A stretch of DNA of 64,000 bases from Bacteroidia bacterium (GTDB taxonomy: Bacteria > Bacteroidota > Bacteroidia > Bacteroidales > Bacteroidaceae), in the NCBI GenBank assembly GCA_009929715.1, contig RZZX01000001.1, positions 36,838 to 100,837 on the forward strand, given 5' to 3'. Shown in pieces: positions 39,906 to 50,945 of the stretch. Position 1 is the first letter of the stretch; every line of letters begins with the position of its first letter. The translations under genes and the position numbers were made by a program. The notes under the pieces were generated by a model. It did not search any database. It saw only the letters and a program-made list of their open reading frames with translations, and was not told where the DNA came from.

Positions 39906-41000
39906 TTATTCATCATCGACAGCGTCTAATTTCAATTTATCGCTATCATCTCGTTTCTCATAATACTGTTTACGCAACGGATTAGCATGCGCCTCCTTAT
40001 CGCGTTCACGGTTGCGATAAACATCTATCGCCGTATAAATAGCCTGACGGAAAGACTCCTCATTAGCAAGACCCTTGCCGGCAATATCATAAGCCGTTCC
40101 ATGTGCTGGTGAAGTACGCACTACTGGCAGTCCGGCTGTGAAGTTCACCCCATCATCCATTGCTAAAGCCTTAAAAGGAGCAAGTCCTTGATCATGATAC
40201 ATCGCCAGAACTCCATCAAAATGAGAGAAATTGCCCGATCCCATAAATCCATCGGCTGCATAAGGGCCATAACAAAGTACCCCTTTTTCAGTCATTTCTT
40301 GAATAGCCGGTATGATAATAGTCTGCTCTTCATCGCCGATCAATCCCTCATCACCTGCATGAGGATTAAGTGCTAGAACAGCTATACGAGGCGCTTGTAT
40401 GTCAAAATCGCGTTTCAAGCTCTGATTAAAGATGGCTATTTTCTCAACGATACGTTCTTTCGTAATGGCAGCTGCCACATCTTTGATTGGGAGATGTGTT
40501 GTAACCAAAGCCACTCTCAAATCATTCTTCATAAGAATCATAAGCGACTCATGCCCTGCACCCAGTTTCTCTTGAATATACTCCGTATGCCCCGAAAAGG
40601 CAAACCCTTCCGACTGAATAGAGTGCTTATTGATAGGAGCTGTAACAATCACATCAATCAACCCCTCTCGGTAATCAGCCACCGCACGCTCTAAAGCCTC
40701 AAGAGCCGCTCTTCCGGCCTCAGGATCTGGTTTAGCATACTCCACTTTCGCTTCGTCATTGCTACAATTCAGCACACTCAACCGATCGTTCGATGCCTCA
40801 TGAGCAGAGTTGATAATGCTAAAGCTAGTTTGCAGATCGAGCGATTTACGATGATAAGCAGCCACTTTAGGCGAACCGTAGATAATCGGTGTACACAAGT
40901 CGAACATCAGAGGGTCAGAGAATGTTTTTAATATCACTTCATAACCCACTCCGTTTATATCACCTTGAGTGATTCCTATTCTTATTTTATGATTTTCCAT
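39906..41000 (-). CDS. pdxA: 4-hydroxythreonine-4-phosphate dehydrogenase
   Basis: GDINGVG, TAPINK, GHTE, LNPHAG, MYHDQG, RTSPAHGTA. Confidence 0.95.
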   Translation of the reverse strand: MENHKIRIGITQGDINGVGYEVILKTFSDPLMFDLCTPIIYGSPKVAAYHRKSLDLQTSFSIINSAHEASNDRLSVLNCSNDEAKVEYAKPDPEAGRAALEALERAVADYREGLIDVIVTAPINKHSIQSEGFAFSGHTEYIQEKLGAGHESLMILMKNDLRVALVTTHLPIKDVAAAITKERIVEKIAIFNQSLKRDFDIQAPRIAVLALNPHAGDEGLIGDEEQTIIIPAIQEMTEKGVLCYGPYAADGFMGSGNFSHFDGVLAMYHDQGLAPFKALAMDDGVNFTAGLPVVRTSPAHGTAYDIAGKGLANEESFRQAIYTAIDVYRNRERDKEAHANPLRKQYYEKRDDSDKLKLDAVDDE

Positions 41001-41016
41001 CTTATTGATCTTTAGT

Positions 41017-42051
41017 CTATTCTTTTGAAGCTACTCCCAACGAAATTTGTTCTTGGCGTTGTTCTTCGGGTAATTTAAGTGTATAAAGTGACGCTTCCAT
41101 CTGGCGGACCAAATTGCGTTTCATCTTATCGGGCGAAAAAACAAAAATTTCGGCCACAATGATGCGTTGACTCTTTTTGTCCAAACGCACATGAGAGACA
41201 AACGGGCCTCCCATAAAATCGCCTTTCATGCGCCACAAGCCTCTAACTTCCATGGTATAGTCGTTGTGCACATTAATCACCCGTGAATCGGTCAATAAAG
41301 AGTCTGTCATCATGTACATCCCCTCGCTAGCCCCTGGAAGATTCACCTTCATCACTGAATCACGCTTATGAACAAAATAGGTTTTAGTAAAGGTCTCTTT
41401 ATCGGTATAAGGATAAGAGTACATCACCAAATTACGGTCGGCCGTAGCCGAATTAGTAGATGCCCACAAGAAATCTTTTCTGATCTTATAGTTAGCCAGC
41501 TCCATCGGCACCCAAACATCACAACCAAATAAGCTGTCTACTTTATGAGAGACAAAATCATTGTGCTGACCTTTCAACAAGCCGATTTGTCTATTCATCT
41601 CTGCCCGTGTAAAGAAGTCAATAATAACTTGCTTATTCTCTTTAACAAATTGTTCAAAGGTGGCTTCATCCGGAGCTTGTATATTCAGTATAATCTGAGG
41701 AGAAGCATAGGTATCTTTCGCATATTTAAAAGAACCTTTCGTGTATATATTCTGTATATCGACCACAATAATGTTACGAATCAACTTCAGCGTAGAGTCA
41801 TAATTTTGCGGTGAACTATACATGATGCGGAAAGAGGCTTCAGATTGCGGAAGTCCCAAAACATCTGCATCCAACACATCGTGTAAAGCTCGCCCGGCAG
41901 GGCGTTCCCACAAAGCATGATCTACCACGACCAATATCTCATAAGCCCGTCCACTGGAGGTAGGCGTAAAGACCCCTTTCTTTCCATTACAAGAGACAAG
42001 ACTCAAAGCCACTATAGCCAATAAACTAAAACTATACAATAACTTTTTCAT
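41017..42051 (-). CDS. Lipoprotein, DUF4837-like
   Basis: Start at ATG 42051 gives MKK...LVSC lipobox; GLPQSE, RGLW...MGGPF. Confidence 0.72.
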   Translation of the reverse strand: MKKLLYSFSLLAIVALSLVSCNGKKGVFTPTSSGRAYEILVVVDHALWERPAGRALHDVLDADVLGLPQSEASFRIMYSSPQNYDSTLKLIRNIIVVDIQNIYTKGSFKYAKDTYASPQIILNIQAPDEATFEQFVKENKQVIIDFFTRAEMNRQIGLLKGQHNDFVSHKVDSLFGCDVWVPMELANYKIRKDFLWASTNSATADRNLVMYSYPYTDKETFTKTYFVHKRDSVMKVNLPGASEGMYMMTDSLLTDSRVINVHNDYTMEVRGLWRMKGDFMGGPFVSHVRLDKKSQRIIVAEIFVFSPDKMKRNLVRQMEASLYTLKLPEEQRQEQISLGVASKE

Positions 42052-42061
42052 GATACTTATT

Positions 42062-43099
42062 TTATGAGTTATGTTTTTGTTCTTCTTGTTTAGCTGTCGA
42101 CAGCATGCCGCAAGCTGCAAAGATATCCTCCCCTCTCGATGAGCGAATGGTAGAAAAGAGCCCATGAGAAGTCAGGTAGTCACGAAAAGCCGTCATCCCA
42201 TCGGCATCAGCACCCTGTAAGTCGACATTCGGAATAGCGTGAAAACGGATCAGATTAACCCGACAATCAACGCCACGAAGCAATTTGACCAATTCCTTGG
42301 CATAAATCATCGAATCATTGACACCTTTAAACACGATGTATTCAAAGGACAAACGACGCTGTTTGCTGAAATCATAATTCTTAAGCAGTTCTACCATTTC
42401 CACGATCGAGTAAGCACGCTCTGCAGGCATTAAATCGGCACGTTGAGACGGAATGGGGGAATGCAAACTGATAGCTAGATGACACTCACTCTCTTCGATA
42501 AACCGACGAAGTCCCTTTCTTAAGCCAACCGTAGAGAGGGTGATGCGTTTGGGACTCCAACCATAGCCGTAAGAGGCCGTTAAAATCTCCAGTGCCTTCA
42601 AAACCTCATCGAGATTATCGAGTGGTTCGCCCATCCCCATCAAGACGATATTCGTTAGCTGGTCTCTTTCCGGCAAAGCGTGAATCTGGTTCAATATTTG
42701 ATTGGACGTTAAACTGAGTGTAAAACCCTGTTTGCCTGTCATACAAAACTTGCAGTTCATTTTACACCCCACTTGAGAAGAGATACAAAGCGTCGCTCTC
42801 TCATTGTCGGGAATATAGACAGCCTCCACAAAATGGCCTTCGCCTACCTCATAAAGGTACTTGATCGTCCCATCTATGGAACGCATATCTTCCATCGGCG
42901 GATGAGAACCAACACAGTAATCGACCTTCAACAACTCTCTATGTTTTAAGGACAGATTAGTCATTTCATCGACCGTTGAAACTTTCTTTTCATATAACCA
43001 AGAAGCTATCTGTTTGGCCGAGAATGCTGGCATACCAATTCTCTTAACCACCGTCTGAAGCTCCATCAGTGTCATTCCTAATAAAGGATATTTCGACAT
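42062..43099 (-). CDS. rlmN: Dual-specificity RNA methyltransferase RlmN
   Basis: CISSQVGCKMNCKFCMTG, MGMGEP, SLH, AACGML. Confidence 0.96.
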   Translation of the reverse strand: MSKYPLLGMTLMELQTVVKRIGMPAFSAKQIASWLYEKKVSTVDEMTNLSLKHRELLKVDYCVGSHPPMEDMRSIDGTIKYLYEVGEGHFVEAVYIPDNERATLCISSQVGCKMNCKFCMTGKQGFTLSLTSNQILNQIHALPERDQLTNIVLMGMGEPLDNLDEVLKALEILTASYGYGWSPKRITLSTVGLRKGLRRFIEESECHLAISLHSPIPSQRADLMPAERAYSIVEMVELLKNYDFSKQRRLSFEYIVFKGVNDSMIYAKELVKLLRGVDCRVNLIRFHAIPNVDLQGADADGMTAFRDYLTSHGLFSTIRSSRGEDIFAACGMLSTAKQEEQKHNS

Positions 43100-43685
43100 A
43101 ATTTATCTATTCAAAGTTTATTTATGCAAATGTACATGATATTTTTTAGAATCTCACACTCCACCTTTAATAACCTACCGTTCAAAAGCAACTTTTGTCT
43201 AGAAACAAGTAGAGTTGATGTGCATAAAGATAGTGTATTTTAGGCTATTCCCATCAAAAAAAAGTGGAAAAAGAATCGATTGCTGCAAGCAATCTTCCAA
43301 AGAGGAGACACTAAAGCAAAATTTATCCACACCGAATGAATGGAAAGTGAGTACACCTTTTCTGACTCCAAATGATGTAAAACGGTTTTGTTTACAGTGT
43401 TCTTAACAGTGTCAATCGGCTTTCAATATGATTCACAAAAGATCCCTAGTAGATACAACGGATCAGTCTGAAAACCCGATGGGCTTGGTCCATTTAAACG
43501 ACTGCTTGGTCTGATCTAAAAAGAACCAAGTCATCCGGAAAAAGCGACACACTAATGGCCTGAAAATAAAGAGCCAACCTGAAATAAAGCTATTCTATCG
43601 ACTTTATCGAGCCATCATTAAGCGGAGATAAGCCTTGAATAAGCAGACGCCTCACAGAAGTTAATTTTTCTCTCACTATCTTTTC

Positions 43686-43773
43686 TATACTTCACCTGCA
43701 TGAAGTGTATACTTCACCTGCATGAAGTGTATACTTCACCTGCATGAAGTGTATACTTCACCTGCGTGAAGTG
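43686..43773. repeat. Four tandem copies of a 22-bp palindromic unit
   Basis: TATACTTCACCTGCATGAAGTG x3 plus one copy with A>G; flanked by inverted CTTTTC / GAAAAG. Confidence 0.93.
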
Positions 43774-43938
43774 TAGAAAAGTCTGACCTTTTTGACTTAA
43801 TCTAACGGCAATAAAGGCTTAAGCTAACCTTCATCCGACTAAAACAGACTGGAATTTTACTCCAAAGTCAGTTACTACCACTCGTATGAACTTGATGCAT
43901 GCGCTCCAAATACAACTCACACAATGGAGTATGATGGT

Positions 43939-43970
43939 AAAAAAAAGGTCGCCCCGAATGGAGCGACCTT
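43939..43970 (-). terminator. Terminator downstream of the PpiD-like gene
   Basis: AAGGTCGC / GCGACCTT stem with a long T tail on the minus strand. Confidence 0.75.
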
Positions 43971-43993
43971 CTGTATTTTCTAAACTTCTCTCA

Positions 43994-46132
43994 TTAAAAG
44001 AAAAGGTAACGTTTGTCTTTTACATCAGCTTTGAGATACAAATCGTTCATTAAACGACTGGCAAAACGTGCATGCATGCTAGTCAAAGTAGCTTCCTCTG
44101 CTTTCGCATTGAAGGTCTCAGCTGTCTTTTCTTTAGCATATAAGCTCAAAACAAAAACACCTGCATTTCCTTTTAATGGCGCACTAACTTTGTTCATTTG
44201 AGCCACAGAAGCATAAGCACCAACAAGTGGTTCGCTACTACGCAACGCTGAAACATAAGCTGGAGCAGCAAATGTAACGTGCTTAATAGAATCACTCACT
44301 GCGTTTGCCAAGCTCTTATAGCCATCCAAAGAGGCTGCATTCAAGGCTTTCATATCGCCCATGATCTTTTCGGCCTTCTTGTCTTTGATGATTTCTGCTT
44401 TCAAAACATCTTTCACTTGCTCTAAAGAACGGTATCCTTCTTCGTTAACACCTGACAAGGCTACAACTAGCATGTGATCACTTTCACCACATTCGTAAAG
44501 TCCTGAAACTTCACCTGGCTTAGCAGCAAATGCCCATCTTAAAGCCTCTTTCGTTCCTCTAACACCTGCAATACCATGCTCTGAGCTATAAAGGTCTTTT
44601 CTATCCAATAATTTATATCCAGCGCTTTCGGCATTAGCAGCTACTTTATCCAAAGTAGAGTTAGAAGCAATAAACTGACTGAAGTCATTATAAGCACGGC
44701 TATAAGTCTCTTTGCTGAACTCTACCTCACGCTTAATAACTGCAATCTTATATTTATCGGTCATGGTTTTCTTGTTGACAACTTGCAAAAGGACACGTCC
44801 TTGTGTTAAAGCAACATCGGTCAACTCGTTCACGTTGGCACTCAAAATAGACTTGATAAAGGTCAGGTTGTCTCCTTCAAGATTTGCTCCTTCATATTGG
44901 GCTGATGTTAACCAAGTAGCTTCACCAGTCTGGCCGTATTTCTTTGCAATTGCTGCAAAATCGGCGCCGCCTTTAATGGCTGTTTTAATGCTATCGGCTA
45001 GGGCTGTTGTCTTGGCAGCATCGGCAGCCACAACTTGAATCTGACGGAACTCAATAGAGTCTGCTGCAGAGGTTCTATCTAACAACTTAAATGAGTTGAT
45101 CGTATTATCTGTAGCGCTGTAATAAGGACCATAAACTTGTCCCACAGAAACTGAATCCAAACGAGCAATTACGTCTGCTGGATAGGCTGTTTTGCTATAA
45201 AATAGATCAACATAGCTTTTCTCAGAACCTGTTGAGCGGATGAAAGAGCTGTAATCGGAGGTTGTCTCACCTAACTGTGTGGTGTATTCGGCAACTTCTT
45301 TTTGAATCTCAGCTCTATCTTTTGCACTCGCAGTAACAGCTACATCAATGTACTTGATGTCACGTGTTTCTACCAATTGCTTAAATTGCTCTTTCTTTTT
45401 GTTGTATAGCTCCTTCAATTCAGAATCTTTCACCGTGATGGTAGAATCTGAAATGGATGAATAAGGCACTGCCGCCAACAACAAATCGTATTGGTTAACT
45501 CGTGCTTCAAACGCTTCTTTAGCTTCAACTGGATTTGAGAATAAAGCCTTTGAAACCAAAGCTTGGTATTTCTCTGCCAAACGGCTTTCAATCAGTGTTT
45601 TTTCAATGAAAGACCAGTACTTGTACATGTTGGTGTATTGTTCAGCGTACTGAGCTGGCATTTTAGAGGCGTCCATTTTGGCGTATTCAACCAAAAACTT
45701 GTTCAACATATCTTTATCAAAACGACCAGTCTGTGGATTACGGAAAGGAGTTTGTTGCAACAAAGGGTGAATTCCTTCTTGAAGAATGGATTGGATTTCG
45801 GCTGTGGTAACAGTTAAACCAAGCGCTTTTGCCTCTTTCTCTACAAGCTTGTTGTTCACATATGAACGCCAAACCTCGTCGCGAACTTGACTTGTCTCTT
45901 CATCGTTCAACGAAGTTACTCCACGAGAAAGTTTAATCACTTCCGTATATTCTTCAACTAAAGTTTGATACTCTTGAGCGGAAAGAGCTTCTCCATTCAC
46001 CTCGCCTGCATCATGAGATTGATGCGGCTGCAATACCTTCCAAGCATCACCAGCTATAAAAGCAAATAATGCCAAGCCGATAACAACGACCAATAAAGGC
46101 CCTTTAGACCTAATGTTTTGTAATGTTGCCAT
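43994..46132 (-). CDS. SurA N-terminal domain / PpiD-like peptidyl-prolyl isomerase chaperone
   Basis: MATLQNIR + N-terminal TM anchor (IGLALFAFI); parvulin-like ADFAAIAKKY; ~710 aa. Confidence 0.82.
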   Translation of the reverse strand: MATLQNIRSKGPLLVVVIGLALFAFIAGDAWKVLQPHQSHDAGEVNGEALSAQEYQTLVEEYTEVIKLSRGVTSLNDEETSQVRDEVWRSYVNNKLVEKEAKALGLTVTTAEIQSILQEGIHPLLQQTPFRNPQTGRFDKDMLNKFLVEYAKMDASKMPAQYAEQYTNMYKYWSFIEKTLIESRLAEKYQALVSKALFSNPVEAKEAFEARVNQYDLLLAAVPYSSISDSTITVKDSELKELYNKKKEQFKQLVETRDIKYIDVAVTASAKDRAEIQKEVAEYTTQLGETTSDYSSFIRSTGSEKSYVDLFYSKTAYPADVIARLDSVSVGQVYGPYYSATDNTINSFKLLDRTSAADSIEFRQIQVVAADAAKTTALADSIKTAIKGGADFAAIAKKYGQTGEATWLTSAQYEGANLEGDNLTFIKSILSANVNELTDVALTQGRVLLQVVNKKTMTDKYKIAVIKREVEFSKETYSRAYNDFSQFIASNSTLDKVAANAESAGYKLLDRKDLYSSEHGIAGVRGTKEALRWAFAAKPGEVSGLYECGESDHMLVVALSGVNEEGYRSLEQVKDVLKAEIIKDKKAEKIMGDMKALNAASLDGYKSLANAVSDSIKHVTFAAPAYVSALRSSEPLVGAYASVAQMNKVSAPLKGNAGVFVLSLYAKEKTAETFNAKAEEATLTSMHARFASRLMNDLYLKADVKDKRYLFF

Positions 46133-46393
46133 TTTAATTTATACGTTTTTATTTGTTTATTATTACTTTCGTTTAAATTCATTGAGCGCACGAAGATACA
46201 AAAAATGCTAATATACGGCTATTTATTAGCTAAAAATTTACAGCAAGAACGAAGAAGCGATTCATTTTTCACAGCATGAAGGTTAACCGTGTTATTTCAA
46301 ACGTTAGATTTTAAAGCAAATCACTCTTTTTCAAGCGTCGACTGACTCAATAAGAAACACCTACGCACCATAGAAAAGGCGTTTTGAATGCAC

Positions 46394-47659
46394 CTATTGA
46401 GGCAAAACTTCCAAACGAACCAACTCTATCTTTGTGCTAGTCATTTTTATAATCTTAAACCGATAACAGCCTACTGCTATGACCTCATGCAGCTTGGGGA
46501 AGTTTTGGTATTGGCTTAAAATAAGCCCCCCCACCGTGAGATAATCATCGGATTCGGGCAATTCTAAATTGAACATTTCATTGACCTTCTCTATCTCCAA
46601 ACGGGCAGAAAGGATGTATTCCTGTTCGTTGACCTGCTTACAGACATAAGAGGTGTTGTCGTGTTCGTCTTCAATATCACCAAAAATCTCTTCAACGAGG
46701 TCTTCTAAAGAGACAATGCCAGCGGTACCACCAAATTCATCGACGACAACGGCCACTGTTTTTTTCTGCTGCATAAAAAGCTTCATCAGTTTATGGGCGC
46801 TCATGGTTTCCGGAACAATGGGAACTTGGGTCACATGGTCTCTCCACACACGGGGACTTCTAAACATCTCTGAAGAGTGAATATACCCAACGATGTTGTC
46901 GATGTTATCATCATACACTATAATTTTAGAGATCCCTGATTCTATAAATCGAGTCTTCAACTCTTCAAGGGTAGCCGAGACTTCGACAGCTACAATCTCT
47001 GTACGCGGTACAATGCAATCTCTAATTTTAATGTTAGAGAAATCTAATGCGTTTTGGAAGATCTTAACTTCGGTGTCTAAATCGGCTTCATTTTCTACAT
47101 TATCGATGCCGGACTGAATGAAATAATCTAAGTCGACTTTTCCAAATGCCTTGGCAGAGGCCTCCTTATTCACCTTCACTCCCAACAAACGGAGAAAAAG
47201 ATAGGATACGCCAGAAGCTAGTTTAGAAATGGGATAGAGCACCACATAAAAAACAAGCAAAGGGAAAGAGAAAAGACTCAAAACGATGTTCGGATTGATT
47301 TTGAACAACGTCTTAGGTAAGAATTCTCCGGTTACTAAGATTATAAGGGTGGAAATAATGGTCTGAACGAATACCATTAAAAAATGGTTCGTGATAAAAC
47401 CGGAAAGTAGGTTGTCTCCAATCAACTGAGCCATCAAAATACCATAAATAACCAATGCAACATTGTTGCCAACGAGCATGGTGGAAATAAAATCATTAGA
47501 ATGTCTGAAGAAAAAGTCCAACACACGTGCTGTAAATCGACTTTTAGGTTCCATCTCAAAACGAAGTTTATCGACCGAAACGAAGGCTATCTCCATCCCT
47601 GAGAAAAAGGCGGAAAGCATCATGACGAGGATCAAACTAATGAATAGATAAAGTGGCAT
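46394..47659 (-). CDS. HlyC/CorC-family CNNM/CBS-domain membrane protein
   Basis: SAFFSGMEIA, GEFLPK, VVDEFGGTAGIVSLEDLVEEIFGDIEDEHD. Confidence 0.92.
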   Translation of the reverse strand: MPLYLFISLILVMMLSAFFSGMEIAFVSVDKLRFEMEPKSRFTARVLDFFFRHSNDFISTMLVGNNVALVIYGILMAQLIGDNLLSGFITNHFLMVFVQTIISTLIILVTGEFLPKTLFKINPNIVLSLFSFPLLVFYVVLYPISKLASGVSYLFLRLLGVKVNKEASAKAFGKVDLDYFIQSGIDNVENEADLDTEVKIFQNALDFSNIKIRDCIVPRTEIVAVEVSATLEELKTRFIESGISKIIVYDDNIDNIVGYIHSSEMFRSPRVWRDHVTQVPIVPETMSAHKLMKLFMQQKKTVAVVVDEFGGTAGIVSLEDLVEEIFGDIEDEHDNTSYVCKQVNEQEYILSARLEIEKVNEMFNLELPESDDYLTVGGLILSQYQNFPKLHEVIAVGCYRFKIIKMTSTKIELVRLEVLPQ

Positions 47660-47672
47660 GTTTGTTTTTTAT

Positions 47673-48305
47673 TTATTTAGATGGACTGTTTTTTACCGTG
47701 TCTGAAGGGGTAACTTCCTTGGCTTCATCAACATAAAAAATACCATCCACATTATGCAAGGTATAATTTGTCATTTCTTGATTAGACTCAAAGCCGTGTG
47801 CATAAACTATTTTATCGGGCTGTTCTATTTGAATCTTTTTATCAGAGTAGACCCGTTGGGTCATCTCGTTCCAAAACAGAAGTTCGGTTTTAAAGCGTTC
47901 TCCTTTACGGTTTTGTATCTGAACATGACCGATGAGTTTCCAGAGCCGATCTTTGTCATAGTAATAGGCTGTATCCGCTTTAATGCTCGCTTCAACAGTC
48001 AAGATGGAGTCGAACTGTTCTACGTAAACACCTTTTTCGAAAGCCCAATAAGAGGGTTTCTTCCGGTCGTATACAAGCCACTCTTCTGTTTTTATCCGGT
48101 AACGGGTAACCCCCGAATCTGAAACGAGTGTGTTCACACCTACGGTTTTCATCATCGGCAAGGAGTCTCGCTCAGCAATAGCGGCACCAAGCGCTTGCTT
48201 TCTCCCCCCGCAAGAAGAAAACGAAAGAAGCATAACAATTGCCATAAAGACAATTGTTATGCTTATCTTTTTATGTAATAAAAAAAGTTGTCTAACTTCC
48301 AACAT
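47673..48305 (-). CDS. lptC: LPS export periplasmic protein LptC-like
   Basis: SDSG, FEKG, IKADTAYY, TELLFW, beta-jellyroll pattern; true start may be slightly downstream. Confidence 0.72.
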   Translation of the reverse strand: MLEVRQLFLLHKKISITIVFMAIVMLLSFSSCGGRKQALGAAIAERDSLPMMKTVGVNTLVSDSGVTRYRIKTEEWLVYDRKKPSYWAFEKGVYVEQFDSILTVEASIKADTAYYYDKDRLWKLIGHVQIQNRKGERFKTELLFWNEMTQRVYSDKKIQIEQPDKIVYAHGFESNQEMTNYTLHNVDGIFYVDEAKEVTPSDTVKNSPSK

Positions 48306-48310
48306 AAATA

Positions 48311-49636
48311 TTATCTAATGGTAGTCGTCTCACCAATCCATCCTCCAATAGTGATGCGATCACCTGCTTTATAACCTAACATAAATAGGTCTTTAGCTTG
48401 GGGAGTATGACGAGCATAAGTCGCAATCAGTTTATTCGCTTCCTCAGCCACACTTGGGTCTACAGATTTAGCTCTTTGTAATTTATCGATGACTGCAAAG
48501 TAAGTACATTTATTCAACGCAGACTCATCACTCCAATTAGGACTCATGGCATACAAGTTAGCGATTAAGATGTAGGGTGCACCATAATTTTCGTTATACC
48601 CAATGGCTTTCTGACAATAAGCTCTTGCTTGTGACAATCTTTTAGCACTAGCCAAAACTGCCGCAGCACCATACGCTTTTTCTGCTTTTTTCACGCGATC
48701 TGTTTCCAAGTTGATGCCTTCGTCGAAGAATTTAACGGCTTCATCTACTTGACCTTTTTTATAAGCCATAATAGCACATCCTGTAGCAGCTTCAGCTGTA
48801 GGCTCTATTTTATAAGCATAGAAAGAAGCTTGAAGATAAGCATTGCTTTCAGTACATTTCATGATGCGCATAATATCAATGACTTTTTTCAAAAAGTTCA
48901 AATCGGTTTTATTTGCCTCTACCTTCGGCGCATAAATAGCTTGCAACGATTCGCAATCGGCCGTACCACTATTTATAAACAAAGCGACTAGATTTTCCTT
49001 AATACCACGAAGCATCTTCTTTGTGCTCTCTTTTTCAGTGTTATTAATCGCCTCGTCAGTATATTCAGAAGCGGCCAAGTAATCTTGAATAAACTGTTCT
49101 TTGTGAGCAGGATCAGTCTTCAATTTATCTAAAGACGTTTGCAAATAGTAGAACAACGTTGCTGCTGCTGATTCACCTTTTACAGCGTTCACAGATTGGC
49201 TCAACCAACCATAAGCCACATTCGGATCAACTTTAGGCGCATAAGCAATGTAATCTGCCGCTTTAATACCCAATGCTTCATCAGCAGAAGAGACTTTTAT
49301 TCCTTTAGAAATAAATTCTTCTGTATATTTCATGCGCAAATCATGTGTATTCATGAGCTCATTGAAATATTTCTGATAATCGGCAGAGTTTTTATCTTTA
49401 ATTTGATCCATCAACCCCTTTAGGATCTTATAACCATCAGTAAAGGTATAAAAACGTAATGTCGGACACTTATCCAACACGGATTTCCAAGGTAAATAAG
49501 CATCTTTAAAATTCCCGGCACGTACCGCTTCATGCGATATACTACTGTTTGAATTACAGCTAGGATCATCCTGCGCCATTACAGACATTGAACCTGCAGA
49601 AAGGAACAGTATAGCCACAAGCGTTTTAATTTTCAT
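48311..49636 (-). CDS. Exported TPR-repeat protein
   Basis: Signal peptide; Ala/Tyr-rich helical repeats; C-terminal GWIGETTTIR. Confidence 0.75.
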   Translation of the reverse strand: MKIKTLVAILFLSAGSMSVMAQDDPSCNSNSSISHEAVRAGNFKDAYLPWKSVLDKCPTLRFYTFTDGYKILKGLMDQIKDKNSADYQKYFNELMNTHDLRMKYTEEFISKGIKVSSADEALGIKAADYIAYAPKVDPNVAYGWLSQSVNAVKGESAAATLFYYLQTSLDKLKTDPAHKEQFIQDYLAASEYTDEAINNTEKESTKKMLRGIKENLVALFINSGTADCESLQAIYAPKVEANKTDLNFLKKVIDIMRIMKCTESNAYLQASFYAYKIEPTAEAATGCAIMAYKKGQVDEAVKFFDEGINLETDRVKKAEKAYGAAAVLASAKRLSQARAYCQKAIGYNENYGAPYILIANLYAMSPNWSDESALNKCTYFAVIDKLQRAKSVDPSVAEEANKLIATYARHTPQAKDLFMLGYKAGDRITIGGWIGETTTIR

Positions 49637-49706
49637 TGTATTTAAAGTTTTAGTAATTATAAAAAATGTGTGTTTCTTTATTCTTTTTAATTGATACCCT
49701 AACGTA

Positions 49707-50945
49707 TTAATTCACCCTCCGTTTAAAGAACCAACGTTCATTGAATGTTAATCCAATACTTAATCTAAAGGTGGTTTGATTGATCATATTCGTTTCCAAT
49801 CCCTTTGTTTTAAGGAATTGTCCACTGATGCTCAACATGGAACGTGAGCGGGGAACTGGTAATCCAAATCCGGCTGTTACACCATATTCGTGCGTAGCCC
49901 GCAAACCGTTTATTTTATAACAAGGCATCGTATAGAATGCCCCTGCTCTGTATTTAATCAAAGAAAAATAGGAACGCCCAGCCAAATTAGGAATATACTC
50001 CACACCTAAAGCGACACGATGCCGATCACAATAAACTTTTTCATTCTTATAAGAGACATCGGACCACTGCTGAAAATTATAATCAGCTCCAAGCGTTAAA
50101 CGTTTATCGTAATTGTATGAAACGCCAAAACCATAGCTGTTTGGCAATCCAAAATCCATCTCTTCATTTTCAGTATGAACGGAACTCGCCGAAATGGTTC
50201 TTGTGGCAGTGCTACGAAAGAGTTGTTTCGGTGAATAAACAACACCCAATGTGATTGCCCTTTTTTTATCGAATTGCTTCGTGTATTGTGCACCAAAGTC
50301 CAACTTATAAGTAGAGATCGAAACTCCTACCGCATCGAAATAAGCCGCAGAAGAGGTGTAATCTGCATATTTCATCTCTAACGTACGCATGATATCGCCC
50401 CAAAAATAAGAGACATTCATACCTAACGACAGTCCTTCAAAGGCTTTTACACCAACACCGGCATATAACTGATGCAAACCGCCATCTCCACTCAATGTCT
50501 TGACATAACTGGGAGAAGTGGCCGTAGCACTGTAACTTTGTGTCAACCCATACCCCACATTCGAGTAAGGAAGCAATCCAATGCTCATACCAAGCCAGGG
50601 ACGCATTCTAAACTGCATGGCTAAATAGTCCAAACTGGAGTTTTTGGCATTCATTTTCAGACCATTGTCATTCAAATTCGTGTTTTGCAAAGAGACTCCA
50701 CCTTCAAACAAAAAAGTCAAAGAATCAATAGCGGTATACGATGCCGGATTTAAAACATTGATATGAGAACCATCTCGTAAACCATAAGCGACACCTCCCA
50801 TTGCCTTACTATTCGCGAAATACTGATCAGACAAATCTCCATAACCATACCTTGTGTACGGAGAATTTGTATTATTTTGGGCTACTGCCACTCCAGTAAT
50901 CATCATGAGCGTAAACGCACATAGTATCTGCTTAAATTTTATCAT
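49707..50945 (-). CDS. Outer-membrane beta-barrel protein (FadL/OmpP1-like)
   Basis: Signal peptide; [17 protein letters not shown] motifs; C-terminal TFNERWF. Confidence 0.7.
   Translation of the reverse strand: MIKFKQILCAFTLMMITGVAVAQNNTNSPYTRYGYGDLSDQYFANSKAMGGVAYGLRDGSHINVLNPASYTAIDSLTFLFEGGVSLQNTNLNDNGLKMNAKNSSLDYLAMQFRMRPWLGMSIGLLPYSNVGYGLTQSYSATATSPSYVKTLSGDGGLHQLYAGVGVKAFEGLSLGMNVSYFWGDIMRTLEMKYADYTSSAAYFDAVGVSISTYKLDFGAQYTKQFDKKRAITLGVVYSPKQLFRSTATRTISASSVHTENEEMDFGLPNSYGFGVSYNYDKRLTLGADYNFQQWSDVSYKNEKVYCDRHRVALGVEYIPNLAGRSYFSLIKYRAGAFYTMPCYKINGLRATHEYGVTAGFGLPVPRSRSMLSISGQFLKTKGLETNMINQTTFRLSIGLTFNERWFFKRRVN

Noticed and set aside
42052-42165. Apparent 104-bp overlap between rlmN and the downstream lipoprotein ORF
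   Set aside because: ORF-caller extension; the ATG at 42051 gives a proper lipoprotein signal and removes the overlap
43215-43406. 63-aa intergenic ORF
   Set aside because: Non-ATG first codon, no recognisable motif, and short enough to arise by chance
43686-43773. Possible CRISPR array
   Set aside because: Units are contiguous with no unique spacers, and no cas genes are present in the window
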